A stretch of 60,622 bases of DNA, the filler included, from Sphacelaria rigidula (lineage: Eukaryota): the NCBI GenBank assembly GCA_964200075.2. It is 6 parts of 6 records of this genome, joined end to end, with 100 filler letters (N's around TTAATTAATTAA, not from the genome) between each part and the next. Parts side by side here need not be neighbours in the genome. Positions count along the whole stretch, not along the records: positions 30,364 to 40,383 come from CAXNAA020007310.1; positions 40,484 to 50,503 come from CAXNAA020007311.1; 4 more parts are not named here. One strand, written 5' to 3'. Positions 36,556 through 49,602 of this stretch are shown here, in pieces. The notes under the pieces were generated by a model. It was not told where the DNA came from. It saw only the letters and a program-made list of their open reading frames with translations, and did not search any database. Numbering within the stretch: position 1 is the stretch's first letter; each line of letters opens with the position of its first letter. A program made the position numbers and the translations under genes.

Positions 36556-37740
36556 CTTACTATGCGTGGCGTCGACGTTGCCGGGCGAATGTAGCGGAGG
36601 AGGGCAGAGGCATTTCGATGCCATCGAGCAAGGAAAGCCACGGAAGCTGGGGGGGACTAGAATAGCATGGGAATACGCGGAAGCAGACTGATTGAAGTGG
36701 AGCACGAAGATGGCGTCGACGCTTATGACCAGAGGAGAAATGCAGAGGCAGGAGATAGGTTTTGGATATTTGTATGCTCTGACCGTTTTAAGTGTTAGTG
36801 TCCTGAAAGCTCCAGCTTGTCGTTAGAATCATGCCTCGCGTCATTTTGATTCTGAATTAGGCTTTCGACCCATCAGGTTTAAATCAGAACACATTTATGC
36901 GACTACTGCCTGGCTGCAGTGATTTATTTTATAAGGTATGTGACACTTGCAATAGTTGACTATACGCGTGCTTCACTAGGCATTTTACAATTCGTGAAAT
37001 GAGCGACATTACCGGGGATCATGTTTGGCACACGTAGTTTTGCGGTCAAAAACGCTCGGGTGTTCAGGCTTGTGGTTTGAACTCTACGTAAAGATTTCGG
37101 TCTGACCCTCCTTGGATTGTTTCGCACTGCACCACCGTGTTGATCTTTTTTCGGTTCGACCCTTTCGGGATTGTTTCGTACTTCACCGCTATCTGGATTT
37201 TTCCTTACAACATGTGCTACTGTAGCTCAATTCGAATTTGATCGTGTTCACCTCGGGTTTCTAATATCACCGAGGTACTCACACAGTTTGAAATGTTTCT
37301 TCGTCTGGACTAAGTCTTTGGCATGATTACAAATGCTTTGAACCCCAAACTATGATGATGGAAATAATCAAGGCGGGTCGAGGGATTTGATAACGTGGAC
37401 CATTTGATATATCATGGCTTGCAGCTCCTTTTATCTATTTCGACTTGTTCTTTTTTATTTTCAGTTCGGAATTCATTTTCTTATTTTGGAAGTAACATGG
37501 CTTGATAGTTATCTGGAGAATACTCCCGCGAATGTGAGAGAATATTAGATTTCGGGGAAATGTAATGTAGGGGGTACTACTTTCTAGACAGGTACGGCCT
37601 GTCATGACACTGTGTCTTTCGAGTTCCACCGTGATTGTGTTATGAGCTTCAGTTGACTTGGGCGTGAGTAACGACTTAAAAAACCTTGTCCGCGTGATTG
37701 AAGAACTTCCAGGACCTGGCCTCGGGGCAAGACGGGTTTC

Positions 37741-37895
37741 GAATGTGCCGGGACTAGATCCTTGTCCATGTGTACTAGCAGTAGGGTACTTATGCATTCG
37801 GGTCATATCGAGTGCATTCAGATCAGGGGGGCAAATTGGAGATTGGGCCAATCACGTGACTGCAACTGTTTGTTAAAAGATATACCAAATATGTC
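37741..37895 (+). repeat. Second copy of the 35321-35455 repeat
   Basis: See 35321-35455. Confidence 0.75.
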
Positions 37896-39743
37896 ACGAG
37901 ACGCCCATCTCGTGCCACCTGACTCGGGTTCTTGCATTGAGCAGCTCACGAGGAGCGCGCGGTCTACGGTCTATATTTGATTGCTGCGTTCACAGTGAAA
38001 GAGTGAATAATACATTAAATGAATACGCTTCCCCGCTGTCGAGTTTCCACCGTGCAAGGAGCTGTCACTTATGGTTCAACACATAGCCTGCATATGCAGT
38101 AGAGGGATAAATTCATCCATTCGTCTAGAATGGTTGAGCTCACCCATCTCTTGCTAACAATGAGGAACATGTTTATAACATACGACGTGTGCATTATCAG
38201 TCACAAATTAGTTTTTTCACAATGTACAGAAGTCGTGCCGCACGGACTAATGGTGCGGAGAATGAACCGAACAGTCGTGTCTCATAAACGGCAGTTGCGG
38301 AATATGCACCGAAGTGGAGGGCTCCGGCGCCAGAAGTGACGGCTGGAAAAATGTGCGTTGAATCACGTCGCACGAAGTATGGGTGAGAAAAATGAAGGTT
38401 TGATTCGTGCTTGTGGATGAAGGGTGGGATGGTATGGAGGAAAGGTGGGAAGCATATACACATCCTTCATGCCATACGATTGAAGTAAGGTAATTAGATA
38501 CACATGATTTATGCAGCAAGAATCACAAGCCTATGATTAATATGCCACATGAATCGCAGGTGGGCTTCGACTGTGTACCGCATAAATGACACACAGGAAT
38601 ATGTATGTTCAACGTAGTTTGTCGCACGAATCACGAGCAGAAATTGTGTGAGAACCATGATGTGTGTACGTATCGAACGTATTATTGTTTCATGCAAACG
38701 CTGGAGATGGGACGAGACACAAGCTCTTTCGCCCTACCCTTGGACAGGTACAAACACCTCCTTGGAAATGACCACATCGACATTAGCACCAACATTCGAA
38801 CCTTCCCCCTTCCGTCCTAACCTTGAGAATCTACAACTACCACCTAAGCCACCAGGACGGGGTAAAACCATGACTTCATCAATCACATATCTGATCAAGG
38901 TAAGAATCGTCCAGATACTACGTATCGCTTCGCAGTTCCCACAATACACAAAACTAAATGAAGGACGCGTACATATCAAGTAGCTCGTTCCGATTTACAC
39001 ATGCATCCACCCGAGCTACTCCCCGCAAACAAAAAATTCAATTTGGTTCTCATGTCGACTGATTAATTTACTCCTCATCATGTATCGTATCAACGGTTTT
39101 CAGAAGAGCGAAGCTGAGATACATGACACAGTCAACAACCGATCGATACACATGTCGATCCGAAGGGCAGGACTTGACTGCAACAGATCCAACCCATGTG
39201 CCCTAGAGTATATATAGTATGTACCACCATCCGCACCACAACTTGTAAAGATACAAGGGTGGCTACAGCCACAGATAACAGACTGTCAGAATCTTCCCGG
39301 AAAATGGGTTGGTTTGACAGTTTGACACCGTTTTGTATAAAGAGGATCGAGGCTTGAAGCCTCGCTCCCCGTTGGTGATAAAAATATATACCGCCACCTA
39401 TAGTACAGAGTGACCATGTTTTGAAGAAGGGGCAGTTTTTCTACTTCCCTCTACTCTTCGTGGTTCCTATGCGTAGGCACTCTAACTCTATCGCCGACTT
39501 CCAACTCAACGGCCGCAACAACTAAGAGCGAGACAGCTGTGATATGACCGATAGCTGAACAGTTATTTTTACAAGGGAGTGATCATGCCGTTCATTGTGC
39601 TGATACTGTGTGGTACACAGAGTGGTTTCGACAAATCCAGAACACATGTCATGAGGGTCATTGAAAACATTTCCAGCTATACCGTCAACCAGCTTGTATG
39701 TTCGTGTCGTGAGACGTTTGTTCCATTATGTGACACACCACAT

Positions 39744-39890
39744 GACTGATTTCATTGATTGATTGACGCACCACATCATTGATCCAGCCGCGATAAAATG
39801 ATAGAGGTACCCGACACAAAACAAAACAATACTGAAACACTCGCTGGAAAAACAAATTAACGAAAAAGGTACAACAGAGCGACATAATGG
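39744..39890 (-). mobile_element. (AATC)n-tailed retroposon fragment
   Basis: Its reverse complement (tatgtcgctctgttgtacctttttcg...gggtacctctatcat...gctggatc...caatcaatcaatg) parallels 48925-49086. Confidence 0.68.
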
Positions 39891-39940
39891 AACGACATTG
39901 ATGCGTTCTTCTCGGGGTGGGGTGATTGATCCCAATTTAA

Positions 39941-40174
39941 CCCTTTTGGAAACGTTGATGGAAAAATGACGATACACAACTGACGTTTTATGGGGCAGGA
40001 TATGGTTGTTTTTCTGCAACTTTTGATGATGCAGAGATCATTAAAGAGGTGCACCGCTCGAAGTTCAAGTATACTACTGCGACAGATTCGTGGACCGGAC
40101 TCGAAGTTGCGTTTTCCCGGTGACGAAAGGTCGCACATGGGAGTTTGTACAGCTTTTCGCGAGTTCCAAAAGGG
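39941..40174. mobile_element. piggyBac-like MITE
   Basis: TTAA|cccttttggaa ... ttccaaaaggg|TTGG: an 11-bp perfect TIR with the right TSD degenerate. Confidence 0.55.
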
Positions 40175-40383
40175 TTGGAAAAAAACAGTCAACTGCCCTG
40201 TCTCAAGACGGAAGAATCCATGTTTGCGTTTTATTTTCGTCGCCTCTTTATGCCCGAAAATCCCCACATTTTTTTCATTTATTTCCTTGGGCGTCCTTGG
40301 GCGTGTCCTTTTCGGGGAGTAGGGGGGGGGGGGCGTGCTCCTTTTTTTGTTTCCCTGAGTCTTTGACCCTTGACCCCGCCACC

Positions 40384-40483
40384 NNNNNNNNNNNNNNNNN
40401 NNNNNNNNNNNNNNNNNNNNNNNNNNNTTAATTAATTAANNNNNNNNNNNNNNNNNNNNNNNNNNNNNNNNNNNNNNNNNNNN
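40384..40483. other. Artificial contig spacer
   Basis: N44-TTAATTAATTAA-N44. Confidence 0.98.
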
Positions 40484-40710
40484 GGAAAAAACGATGGGTA
40501 TACTAGGAGATGGATGGTGGCCCCAGACGGCGAAACAGGACGGGGATAAGGTATGTAGGAGGTTCTTGTGTAATGTATGGAAGAAATGTAATGAGCGCCG
40601 GAATGTTGGAGGTGTCTCCATTAGGGGTAGGAACGGTGCTCCGTCTCGAAGGGGACGCGTGGTCAATGGCCAAACGACTAAGGCAAGCAACAAATGAGTA
40701 CGCCCCCCCC
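40484..40710 (+). mobile_element. 3' end of C-tailed LINE
   Basis: The ORF2 end GDGWWPQTAKQ...GQTTKASNK* (stop at 40697) is followed by gtacg and C8. It matches 49097-49323. Confidence 0.85.
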
Positions 40711-40883
40711 GTTCCCCCGTGCCGCCGCAGCAATGATTACAACGGGAATCAAAATGTTCACGCTTGTTTGAAAAATAACCAGACACGCAACACTTGAGAC
40801 GCAAATATGTTCTTGTTGCAATCGTCGCTTCCTGGTCGCCCCTCTTCCATGTAAGCGTCGCACATATTTCACGCGCAAGCAAA

Positions 40884-41522
40884 ATGTCGGCCCCGCCCGC
40901 GTCCCGCCCCGTTTCCGCTCGCCTTACTCATGAATATCTTCGCGTCCATTGCGTGGAACAGGTACTGGTAGAGGAGTTCACGCTGGTTCTCACTGAAATT
41001 TTCCAGCTGCTGCAAGCCAAGGCCATCAGCACGTCGACGGGAAAAGACGACAAAACTCCGTCATCTGCCGCTGGTACCTCCGGACTTCCCCACGTACCAC
41101 GGTCAGCTCTGGACGTGAGTGGGGACGGCGATACACCCACCGGTGTCGGAACCGGCAACAACGATGTACACGAGGGCACTACCCCCACCCACAATCCAAC
41201 GAACGACCAATCAACGCTGTCCACAGACGGCGGTTTGGAGACGCCTCGCACAGCAGCACTGAACGTCGACAGACGCGATTCCGCTGGATTACATATCCCG
41301 ACGAAAGAAGTTGAAGAAGATGCAGATTGTGCCACGGAGAATGGCAGCGAAGGCTGCGGTGGCGCGTCTCGATGGTTGGAAAGCCCTCAAATATTCATAT
41401 CAAAGGTTCTCCATTGGGCGGAGGAGGCTATTGCTGCCCGGGGATCCAAACGAGGCGCAAGCAAGGAAAGTGGGCGCAGAGGACTTCCTAAGCCCCCTAA
41501 GAGAACCATACCGTCACAATAA
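40884..41522 (+). CDS. Hypothetical protein, 212 aa (helical N-terminus plus low-complexity S/T/G/D linker)
   Basis: Uninterrupted ORF from an ATG in aaaATGt context. No recognisable domain; it could be an exon or a transposon ORF. Confidence 0.35.
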   Translation: MSAPPASRPVSARLTHEYLRVHCVEQVLVEEFTLVLTEIFQLLQAKAISTSTGKDDKTPSSAAGTSGLPHVPRSALDVSGDGDTPTGVGTGNNDVHEGTTPTHNPTNDQSTLSTDGGLETPRTAALNVDRRDSAGLHIPTKEVEEDADCATENGSEGCGGASRWLESPQIFISKVLHWAEEAIAARGSKRGASKESGRRGLPKPPKRTIPSQ

Positions 41523-43588
41523 TATAGCAACCGAGTAAAATTTATGAAAAAAAAACTTGGCACAGTTTGATATAGGTTACCTGTATGTGTTTGTCCCGAC
41601 ATTCGCCGGTTTTTGGTCCGGTTGCAGTCTACTGGAATCAGGGACTCATTATCTCCAATGAGTGCGTGCGGTTTGCTGTTATTCTCGTCCAACGAGTGCG
41701 TGCGGTGCTTTGCCGATCCGCAAGATGCTTTTGCCAAAACAGGCACAAAATAAGGCCTCACCCCGACTAGCGCACGCCGAGACGTTGACGTCGTTGCAAA
41801 TGTCCGGCCAATCTCAGCAGTCCCAATGCGAACCGAGAACCTCAGTCAAGTCCTACCGATATAGGATTACAGGGGCCGCGACCATATTTTGAACACCAAG
41901 GCTATTTTGGTAGCAGACCAAGCACCCATCGCACGCGAGGGTTGCAAGACGCGACTTCAACCAGTTATCCTTGCTATTATTAAGCTTCGTGGTATCGGAG
42001 ATAAGTTCATGGTGCGTAAAGCCTCGTAGACCGAAAACAAACTCATGGTTCAATGATCATCAGCTCATACCACGGGGCCGCGCTGAGGACAAGGTGAATC
42101 ACTACATGTACTGCGCCCCAATGGAGCTGCGTGAACGTCGTGAGGGCTGGGTCAGTCTCAGGGCCACCTTGGTCTACGGCGGCAGGACCTACATGACCCA
42201 CAGGGTGCCTGTAGTCACACTTATATATGCTAGTTCTTCACTGTGCCTACTCCATGAACAACTGACGGCGCAGCACAGGAAATATCAATCCTGGCTGTAG
42301 TGGAAATATGGGGGCCCCTCGTATCGTGGGTACCATCACGTAGAAGACAAAGCTTCCCACAAGTGTCCGACGAGGAATCACCTGTTCACATTGGCGACAC
42401 CAAGAGATGACTAACGCTTCATGAACAGAAGGTTTCGGGTCCATCTCGGCTCCCACCAACGCGACAAAATAATGTAAAGTCCTCCCTGAACTTCAGCGGG
42501 CATCGAAAACTCGTATGAATGGGGGGGGTCCAGACAACTGGTGGGTGACCTTCGAAGCAGAGATGAGCCTCAACGGAAAATCTGCTGCGGAGATTGTTGG
42601 TTGGGCAACCCAACACACGTGGAAAATGCTTTAAAAAATGTCTACATCTTCACCGCTCCCCGGCGAAAAACTGTTACCCTTTCAAACCTCTTCTTGTTGG
42701 TAAAAAGAACGTTCGAGGGGGCTCATAAAGTCAAGGGTTCCATGTTTCCACATTTAGCAGAATAAGCAATTGTCCTCCGTTGTCACGACTTCACCTTGAA
42801 CTCTTCAACCGCCAGGATGAGTCAAATGACTACTTCAACCATTTATTGGGTGAAAGTGATGATGACCCAACGGTTGTCATGTCCTGTCGGTCAAAAGGTT
42901 GAAAATTTTTCACTTCAGTAAGGTTGGAGGTGCAATATATCGTTTGGCTGTACTGGTGGAGATTCTAGTTATATGTTGAATCTCCGACTTGAAAGTTGAA
43001 GCTTCAACTTGAATGATTGATACTCACATAGAATGTTCGACGTTTCTAAGTTACATGAGCAGGTTATCTAGACCCTTCAAGCTAAAGCTTTATCGTGGAA
43101 GTCGATTTGCCAACCTGAAATTCAAAGCGAATTTTTCAGGACCTGAGGCTCTCATGTGTGAGCCACGTAAACTCGACGTTTACTGATGCATCTTTTTGCC
43201 GGCTAGTGTTACCCCGATCACATCCGCATGGGACGAGAGTCCAAGCGTCCAGCGACCAAAACCTGGCAGATGCTCTCTTCGGTTGTACCTTCTTCGAAAA
43301 CGCCCCCCTTACCTGATGATGCTTCTGCGCTATATTAGCCCTGTGCCACCGTGACAGCGGGACTCCAGCCCTTCGAAGGTTAAATCACTTGATGTTAGTA
43401 TGGACTAAATCAATATGCATTCCTTCTATGTTGTGATTTCGGTCTGGAAACAGTACATGAAACCCCCGGCCTCCTCGATCCCCATTTGTGGATGCACCAC
43501 TCCACACAAAAAACACCCCCAGAGAAGGAACGCCAACGAGCAGGGAGAAAAATCAGAGGGATCGCCGGTATGCCATGGGCGCGGCTGA

Positions 43589-44274
43589 TAACACGGGATT
43601 CTACAAATTGGGGATGGATTATTTATTAGGGATGAGGACCCGGAGATTTGAAATCTTCGTATCCACACCAAATCTTCGAAAAACGGTTCCATTTATTCAC
43701 TTGCTGGTAGCTATTGACAAGTGCTACACGCCATACAAATTTGGATTTCGATAACCGAAACGTCGGGGTCCTGGGCAAAAAAACAATTTTGGGGGATCTA
43801 GGTGATCCGATCGGACCCCAAATTTGGTTTTTCACCTAGGACCCCGACATTTCGACAATCGAAACCGACACTTTCTACGATAGCCCCCCCCCATAGAGTG
43901 CCTGGTTTGGGGAGGCGAAATCTTAACGTAAGTCGAAATGGAAAAAGCCGAGCACAACGAGCAGCTGGGAATTCCTACGCTTGGGTTCGTTTTCGCCAAT
44001 GTCGCCCATATGAGACGCTACATGCAGCCTGAACCCGAACATCAGGCGCTGTATGACCACTGTTTTCGTGACACTCTTGGCTGGTTTGGGGGGGGAGGCT
44101 ATCGTAGAAAGTGTCAATCCAAATTTGTATGGCGTGCAGTAGTTGTCAATAGCCACCAGCGAGTGAAGAAACGGAACCGCACGTCGAATATTTGGTGTGG
44201 ATACGAAGATTTCAATTGTCCGTGTTTTCATCCCCAATAAAAAATCCATCCCCAATTTGTACGATCCCGTGTTT
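43589..44274. mobile_element. Foldback element family F with nested MITE
   Basis: Arms aacacgggattctacaaattgggatggat...aaatcttcgtatccacaccaaat / atttggtgtggatacgaagattt...atccatccccaatttgtacgatcccgtgtt; same family as 31779-32224. Confidence 0.85.
43867..44115. mobile_element. 249-bp MITE nested in foldback F
   Basis: TIRs gacactttctacgatagcc / ggctatcgtagaaagtgtc; apparent ~5-bp TSD aaacc/aatcc. Confidence 0.85.
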
Positions 44275-46111
44275 GATGCCGAATTAGGAGAAGTGAGATC
44301 AGGTGGTACCAGCCGTAGTACGCAGCACCGCTGCGTACTACGACCGCTAGCTTGTACAAGTTGCCAGCAACGACAGACAGCACCGTACCTACTGTGATCC
44401 TGAAACAAATTCGGCTGGTACTTGTCGGGCAGATAGATTTATCGTTGACCCGTGGTCGCCGTTGACACAGTACTGCCCTGGCATTGTGGTGAGAGCCACG
44501 TTTGTTGGTAACAGGTCCGGATACAGAGAAGCAGAGAGGACCGTACTGTACTGCCCTGCGCTGTATTGCATATAAACTGGGAATTGATCGCATAGGCGTC
44601 AGACGTTTGACTACGTGCGCCGCTATATATATGGTTTATACGTCAGCTTTCTAGTAACGATCAGCCAGAAACGCCCGATTATGGTCGCCAGAGTGCTCCA
44701 GGGTCTATAGGGCTGAGAGTCTTTCGAGTTAAACCTCCAACTTGAACGTCGGAGCTAAATGTTGCGTTTTCATCTTGAATGCTCAATGGTTATAGGTTAC
44801 CTCAACTGTTGGGCCTTCATTCCGAATGTTCGAATCCGAACTTGGAACGGTTTAAGATCGCAGTCAGATGTTCAGGTGGTATGAAAAAGTGCAAGTCGAT
44901 CCTCTGCCCGAACTTTCAACACTCATTTGGAACCCCGAACGAAATCGTCGAGTATTCAAGTCAAGATGCCACTCATGCAATTGGAAGGTTCGAATCGAAC
45001 GTTGAACGCCCCGGTATGTTGAGACATTCTGCCTACTAGTGTAACGCAGATCGCAGGTTATGAGTGAAGCTTCAATGTCGGCACGGTGCACGAGGCATGG
45101 CTTGCGGATCAAGCCCGACCATGAGCTGTTCAGCGGTGGGAAAAACGTATAGTACAAGGAGGGAACTAATATGCATGTGTCTACAGAAAAATCAATCATG
45201 CAGTGACTATTCTTCTGCATCTGTGTACAGAACATGCTTGAGATCCACTTACACTCAAAGCATTATATGACAGTGGTACCCTCTTGAATTCGTTCATCAA
45301 ACCTTCAACAAGTTGGTGAGTCCCGTGTATTCGAATAAAGCGTTCAAGTGAACGTTCGACCTTTGGCTGAGAAAATCAAGCGCACCTTCAGCTGTCATGT
45401 TGACGCTCAACGTAATACATGCCACACGTATGTCAAACAAGAAATTGAGCCTCCGACCCCAGAGTCCGACTTTCAAGAGCATCTTCGAGATTGAAGTTGA
45501 ACATTCCCGTGGAACCTTGAGATGACTGTTGCACATTAAACGTTCAAGTTGGAGGTGCCACGCAACCTTCAGCTTAAAGGTTGGATTATTTACCGCCGTG
45601 GCCGAACACCTGACTTGAAGGTTCGAGTTTTCGCTGAGTCTTTACTATCTCAGTATGGTCCACACTTTCGGTTCGAGGGCTTGTGGTTACATTTCACCAC
45701 GACCCTGAACGTTTAAGCTCACTTTACGACGGCATTTATACCACACGCTTGGCTCCAGCGATGTGTCATATGTACTGGCATGCCCAAAAGCCGGTCGCCT
45801 CAGCTCTGCTCGAGGCGTCTGATGTACTTTTGACCACCCCAGAACGCTGTACGATTAGAATCTCATATCTTCGTTCGAGTGGTTGGTTTCGCCGCAGTAT
45901 CATCGCAGCAGCACCGCCCGATAATACATCGTTCCGTTTCAGTACCATTGACCTATATTCGACGCTAAATACATAAACGTACACAAATGTAGATAACGTT
46001 CAACCGCACTGCCGCACTGGAACGTAGACATCCGATACCGTACAGAGTTTTTCGTACTGTCTTCCACTATCGTTTGAGCTCCATCTGCAGTATATTTGTG
46101 CATCTGATATA

Positions 46112-46662
46112 CTCCCTCCGATCAAAAATATATGCAAGGTTTGGAATCCCAAATATAAACAAGGTTCAACGTCAGACGGGTGTCAGATACGATCACATAT
46201 GTCTTTTACGAAGGAAAAAAAATCACCCTCTATGGGGAGGGGATGGTGGCGAAACGTCCCCGCCTGGGATGGTGCGGTCGTTGAGCGGAATACTGCGGAG
46301 GCGCTCACGTAGAACTTCAATGGGTATGCCCTTTCTGCCGCTTTTTCCCTTTCGACCCTTTGTCAGGTCAGGAAAAGCAAGCCCTGCTTGATTCTGCACC
46401 TCATACCTCCTCCACAACCTCTGTATCGAGTGCCAGTGACAGCCAAACTTCACAGCAGCTTCCTTGTAGGCACCATGCTTGAGGACTCCATGTTTGCTGC
46501 CAGCAAGAAGGTGCCGAATCACCGCACCTTCTCTTTTTCCTTGAGATTCTTGCGTTTTGGCCTTTGAGGGGCACTTCCAGCAGCAGACATGCCTCAACAG
46601 CAGATGGAAGGCTTTTGACCAGAGGTTCAAAGTGAGGGTGGGGATTTCGACCCACTGCTTCT
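46112..46662 (-). mobile_element. Internally deleted plant-type (DD39D-like) mariner with N-terminal transposase fragment
   Basis: The TIR TA|ctccctccgatc is the Stowaway/Osmar signature. The minus-strand peptide LLAGSKHGVLKHGAYKEAAVKFGCHWHSIQRLWRR...RKGKSGRK...LRSIPLNDRT matches the HTH-GRK region of plant mariner transposases. The catalytic domain is absent. Confidence 0.8.
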
Positions 46663-46738
46663 GGGGGGGGGCGTACTCATTTGTTGCTTGCCTTAGTAGT
46701 GTGACCATTGACCACGCATCCCTTTCGAGACGGAGCAC
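46663..46738 (-). mobile_element. Inverted 3'-terminal module of the C-tailed LINE
   Basis: G9-cgtactcatttgttgcttgccttagt...cgcatccctttcgagacggagcac is the reverse complement of 40635-40710. Confidence 0.88.
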
Positions 46739-46740
46739 TG

Positions 46741-49330
46741 GGCCATGGGAAGATGTAGAAGAGAGTAACAACGAAGATTTCGATGGCAGGATAAAACGAA
46801 TGTGCCTGCCCGTAGAGATTAGAGGGATGATGGGAAACCAGGCAGGAGAGACAGGCAAGGAGATATCTATCCTAAGATCACAGCACGGCAAAATGGTTGG
46901 TAGTTCGAGGGGCAGAAGAGAAGCACCAGCAGAGCATTACCGTAAGGTAGGGACACCAAAAACCAACGAGAGGTCCGTCGCGAAATTCGAGAAAGAAATA
47001 ACCACATGGATGGGCAGAGGTAAATGTGGAGGCATTCAAACGGGAATATAGTGACTCGACATAATTGCAGAGAGGGTTCACAAGAGAGGAAGTAAAGGAA
47101 TGCGTAGCTAGACTCAAGAACAAAAAGACAGCAGGGAGCAAACCAAGTATTGAATGAATGACTAAACTACGGGAGAGAGGGAATGATTACCATGATGGTT
47201 ATGCTGTATGACTGGATCTGGGGAAACGAGTATACACCCATGAGGTGGAGAGAAGGAGCATTAGTAAATCTTTTTCAAGAAAGGAGACAAGACTGACCCA
47301 GGGAATTATAGAGGGATAATGCTCCTGAGTACGGTAGGGAACACATTCTGTGAGATTCTGAACGATGGAGTGGGAACGATGCTATAGAAAGAGAAGAAAA
47401 ATCAGCGAGGGGCAAGCAGGATATAGACCGAAACGTAGCTGCGTAGAGCATGTGTGTGACATAAGGTAGGATTATTCAAGGTAGAGAAGGCGCCGGGTTA
47501 ACAACGTATCGTTTCTTCCTGGACGAGTAGAAGCCCTATTACAGAGTATGGAGAAACAGGCTGTGCAAAAAGATTAGTTGAACTAGCATTAGAGGGGAAT
47601 TTGCGGAGAGTGCTCAAGGAGGCGACAGAATGTGCGAAAAGTGCTATGATGCTAGATGGGGAAATATCGAAATATTTCGATATTTTACAAGGAGTCGCAC
47701 AAGGATGGAAGTGATAACCCACTGTATTCAAGGCGTTTATTGATGATCTGATCATAGCAACAGAAACAGCAAAGCAAGGGATCAAGGAAGGGTAGGATAC
47801 AATATCAGGATTAGTGCTCACAGATGATTGTGTGGGGATGTTAGAAACACCATGACGACTGAAGAAGCAAGTAGAGAAGGCGCCAGAATACACTAGGAAA
47901 TGGAGAGTGGCAGCAAACGCTTACAAATCCGCGGTACTTGTATGTAACGAAGATAAGAAGAACCCGGTAGAGTTCAAAAGGAAGTGCGGAAAAGAGAAAC
48001 TGCCGATCGTGAACCAATATACATACCTTGGTGTAGATATCCCAAAAAACTGTTCTTGGGATGCATACATAGAAAAGCAATAGAAAAGGGTGAGGCACAG
48101 ATAGGAAGAATGGACGTGATCCTCAGATACTCGCACCTAGATACTAGGATTAAGAGATGTATCATGATGAATGCGGTTGTACCAAAGTTGGAATATGCGG
48201 AAGTATGGGAGGGGGGAGCGAAACCAGGGAAGAAGTTGGAAGCAGTACAGGTAAATAAGACAATACTTGGATGCTCAAAAACGACGAGTAATACAGCATT
48301 GAGAGCAGGTTGGGAATGTACCTACTTGAAATACATACATGAGATAATTGGAATGGCAATGTAGCATAAAGAACATGCAGAGAAAGAGATTGCCAGCCAT
48401 AGTAGACACGGTCGTATGGAAGGAAACGACTAAACGGCAGGATGGAATAATGTTGGACATCGTAGTCAAGGAAGTTTGGAAGGCCATGGGAGGAACCAGG
48501 ACGAGATAATGCCCATAGGTGACGGTGGGGGGTACAAAACAAAGGTACGAGACATGATAGAAATAAGGCGAAAACAAACGCCAAGACGGAAAGTGGACGA
48601 GGAAGAGCACCTGAAGGTATACGGCAGGTTAAGAGAGGGAATGGGGATGAAACCATATCTTCATAGCCCGATGGACCCAGCGAAATAATAGAAACTGCGA
48701 TTTCGGGTGGAGGACCTGGACCTGCTAGAAAGAAGGCAGATATTTACCAGTAGTCGAGTGGAGGAGTGAGTAGAAGCTCAGAATCGCCCCTGTGGCAAAA
48801 CAATAGAGTAGAACTCATATAGCAGCAGAGTTTGAACTGTGTGTAGGAGAAATGGGACGTGCCAGAGGGGGAAATGCGGGGCGTGAACAAAGGTGGCGTG
48901 AAATCGGTCGATGCAGCAGCTATGTTACTATGTCGTTTTGTTCGACTTTTCGTTTTGTTCTGTTCCTTTTGTTTTTAGGGCGTGTTTCGGTTTGGTGTTT
49001 CTTGGGTACGTCTATCATGAGACCACAGCTGGACCCCTGGGGGGTCAGTGAGAGTGCAACAATTAATCAATCAATCAAATCAATCAGTAGACAGTAGGGA
49101 GAAACGATGGCTATACTAGGAGATAGATGGTTGCCACAGACGGAGAAACAGGGACGGAGATAAGATATGTAAAAGTTTTTTGTGCAATGTATTGAAGAAG
49201 CGCGATGGGCGCCCAAATGTTGGAGTTGTCTCTATTGGAAGTAGGAACGGTGCCCCGTCTCGAAAGGGATGCGTGGTCAATGGTCAACCGACTGAGACAA
49301 GCAGAAAATGAGTATCCCCCCCCACCCCCA
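46741..49330 (+). mobile_element. 5'-truncated, decayed LINE (RT plus C-terminal CCHC) ending in oligo(C)
   Basis: Frameshifted RT motifs: REEVKECVARLKNKK, KGDKTDPGNYRGIMLLS, EGQAGYRPKRSCVEH, FDILQGVAQG, LTDDCVG (FADD position), YTYLGV, VVPKLEYAEVW. Ends aatgagtat-C8. Confidence 0.92.
48916..49086 (+). mobile_element. (AATC)n-tailed retroposon nested in the LINE
   Basis: It interrupts LINE sequence that is contiguous in the 49900-49940 copy (…gca|tagacagtag). It ends ggacccctgggggtcagtgagagtgcaacaattaatcaatcaatcaaatcaatc. Confidence 0.8.
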
Positions 49331-49602
49331 GCCCCCCGTCCACCACCACCATCTGGAAGTGGCGATACCAGAAAAAATGAAACTCATCGGAGGCTGTCAT
49401 TTGAATGCAAGATAATCAGTACGTTGCAGGCCGAACAACCTTAGCAAGATGCAGCTCACCCTCTACGCGACTCGGCGAATACATCACGGCGCTTCGCGCT
49501 TGGTAGTAGATTGCGAGCCTGGTCAGGCGAAAACCCGGCATGCTTTGTGCCAGGTTTTGAGGGATGCGAGGTCATGCGTATCCCCCCCCCCGCCCCCCAT
49601 CC

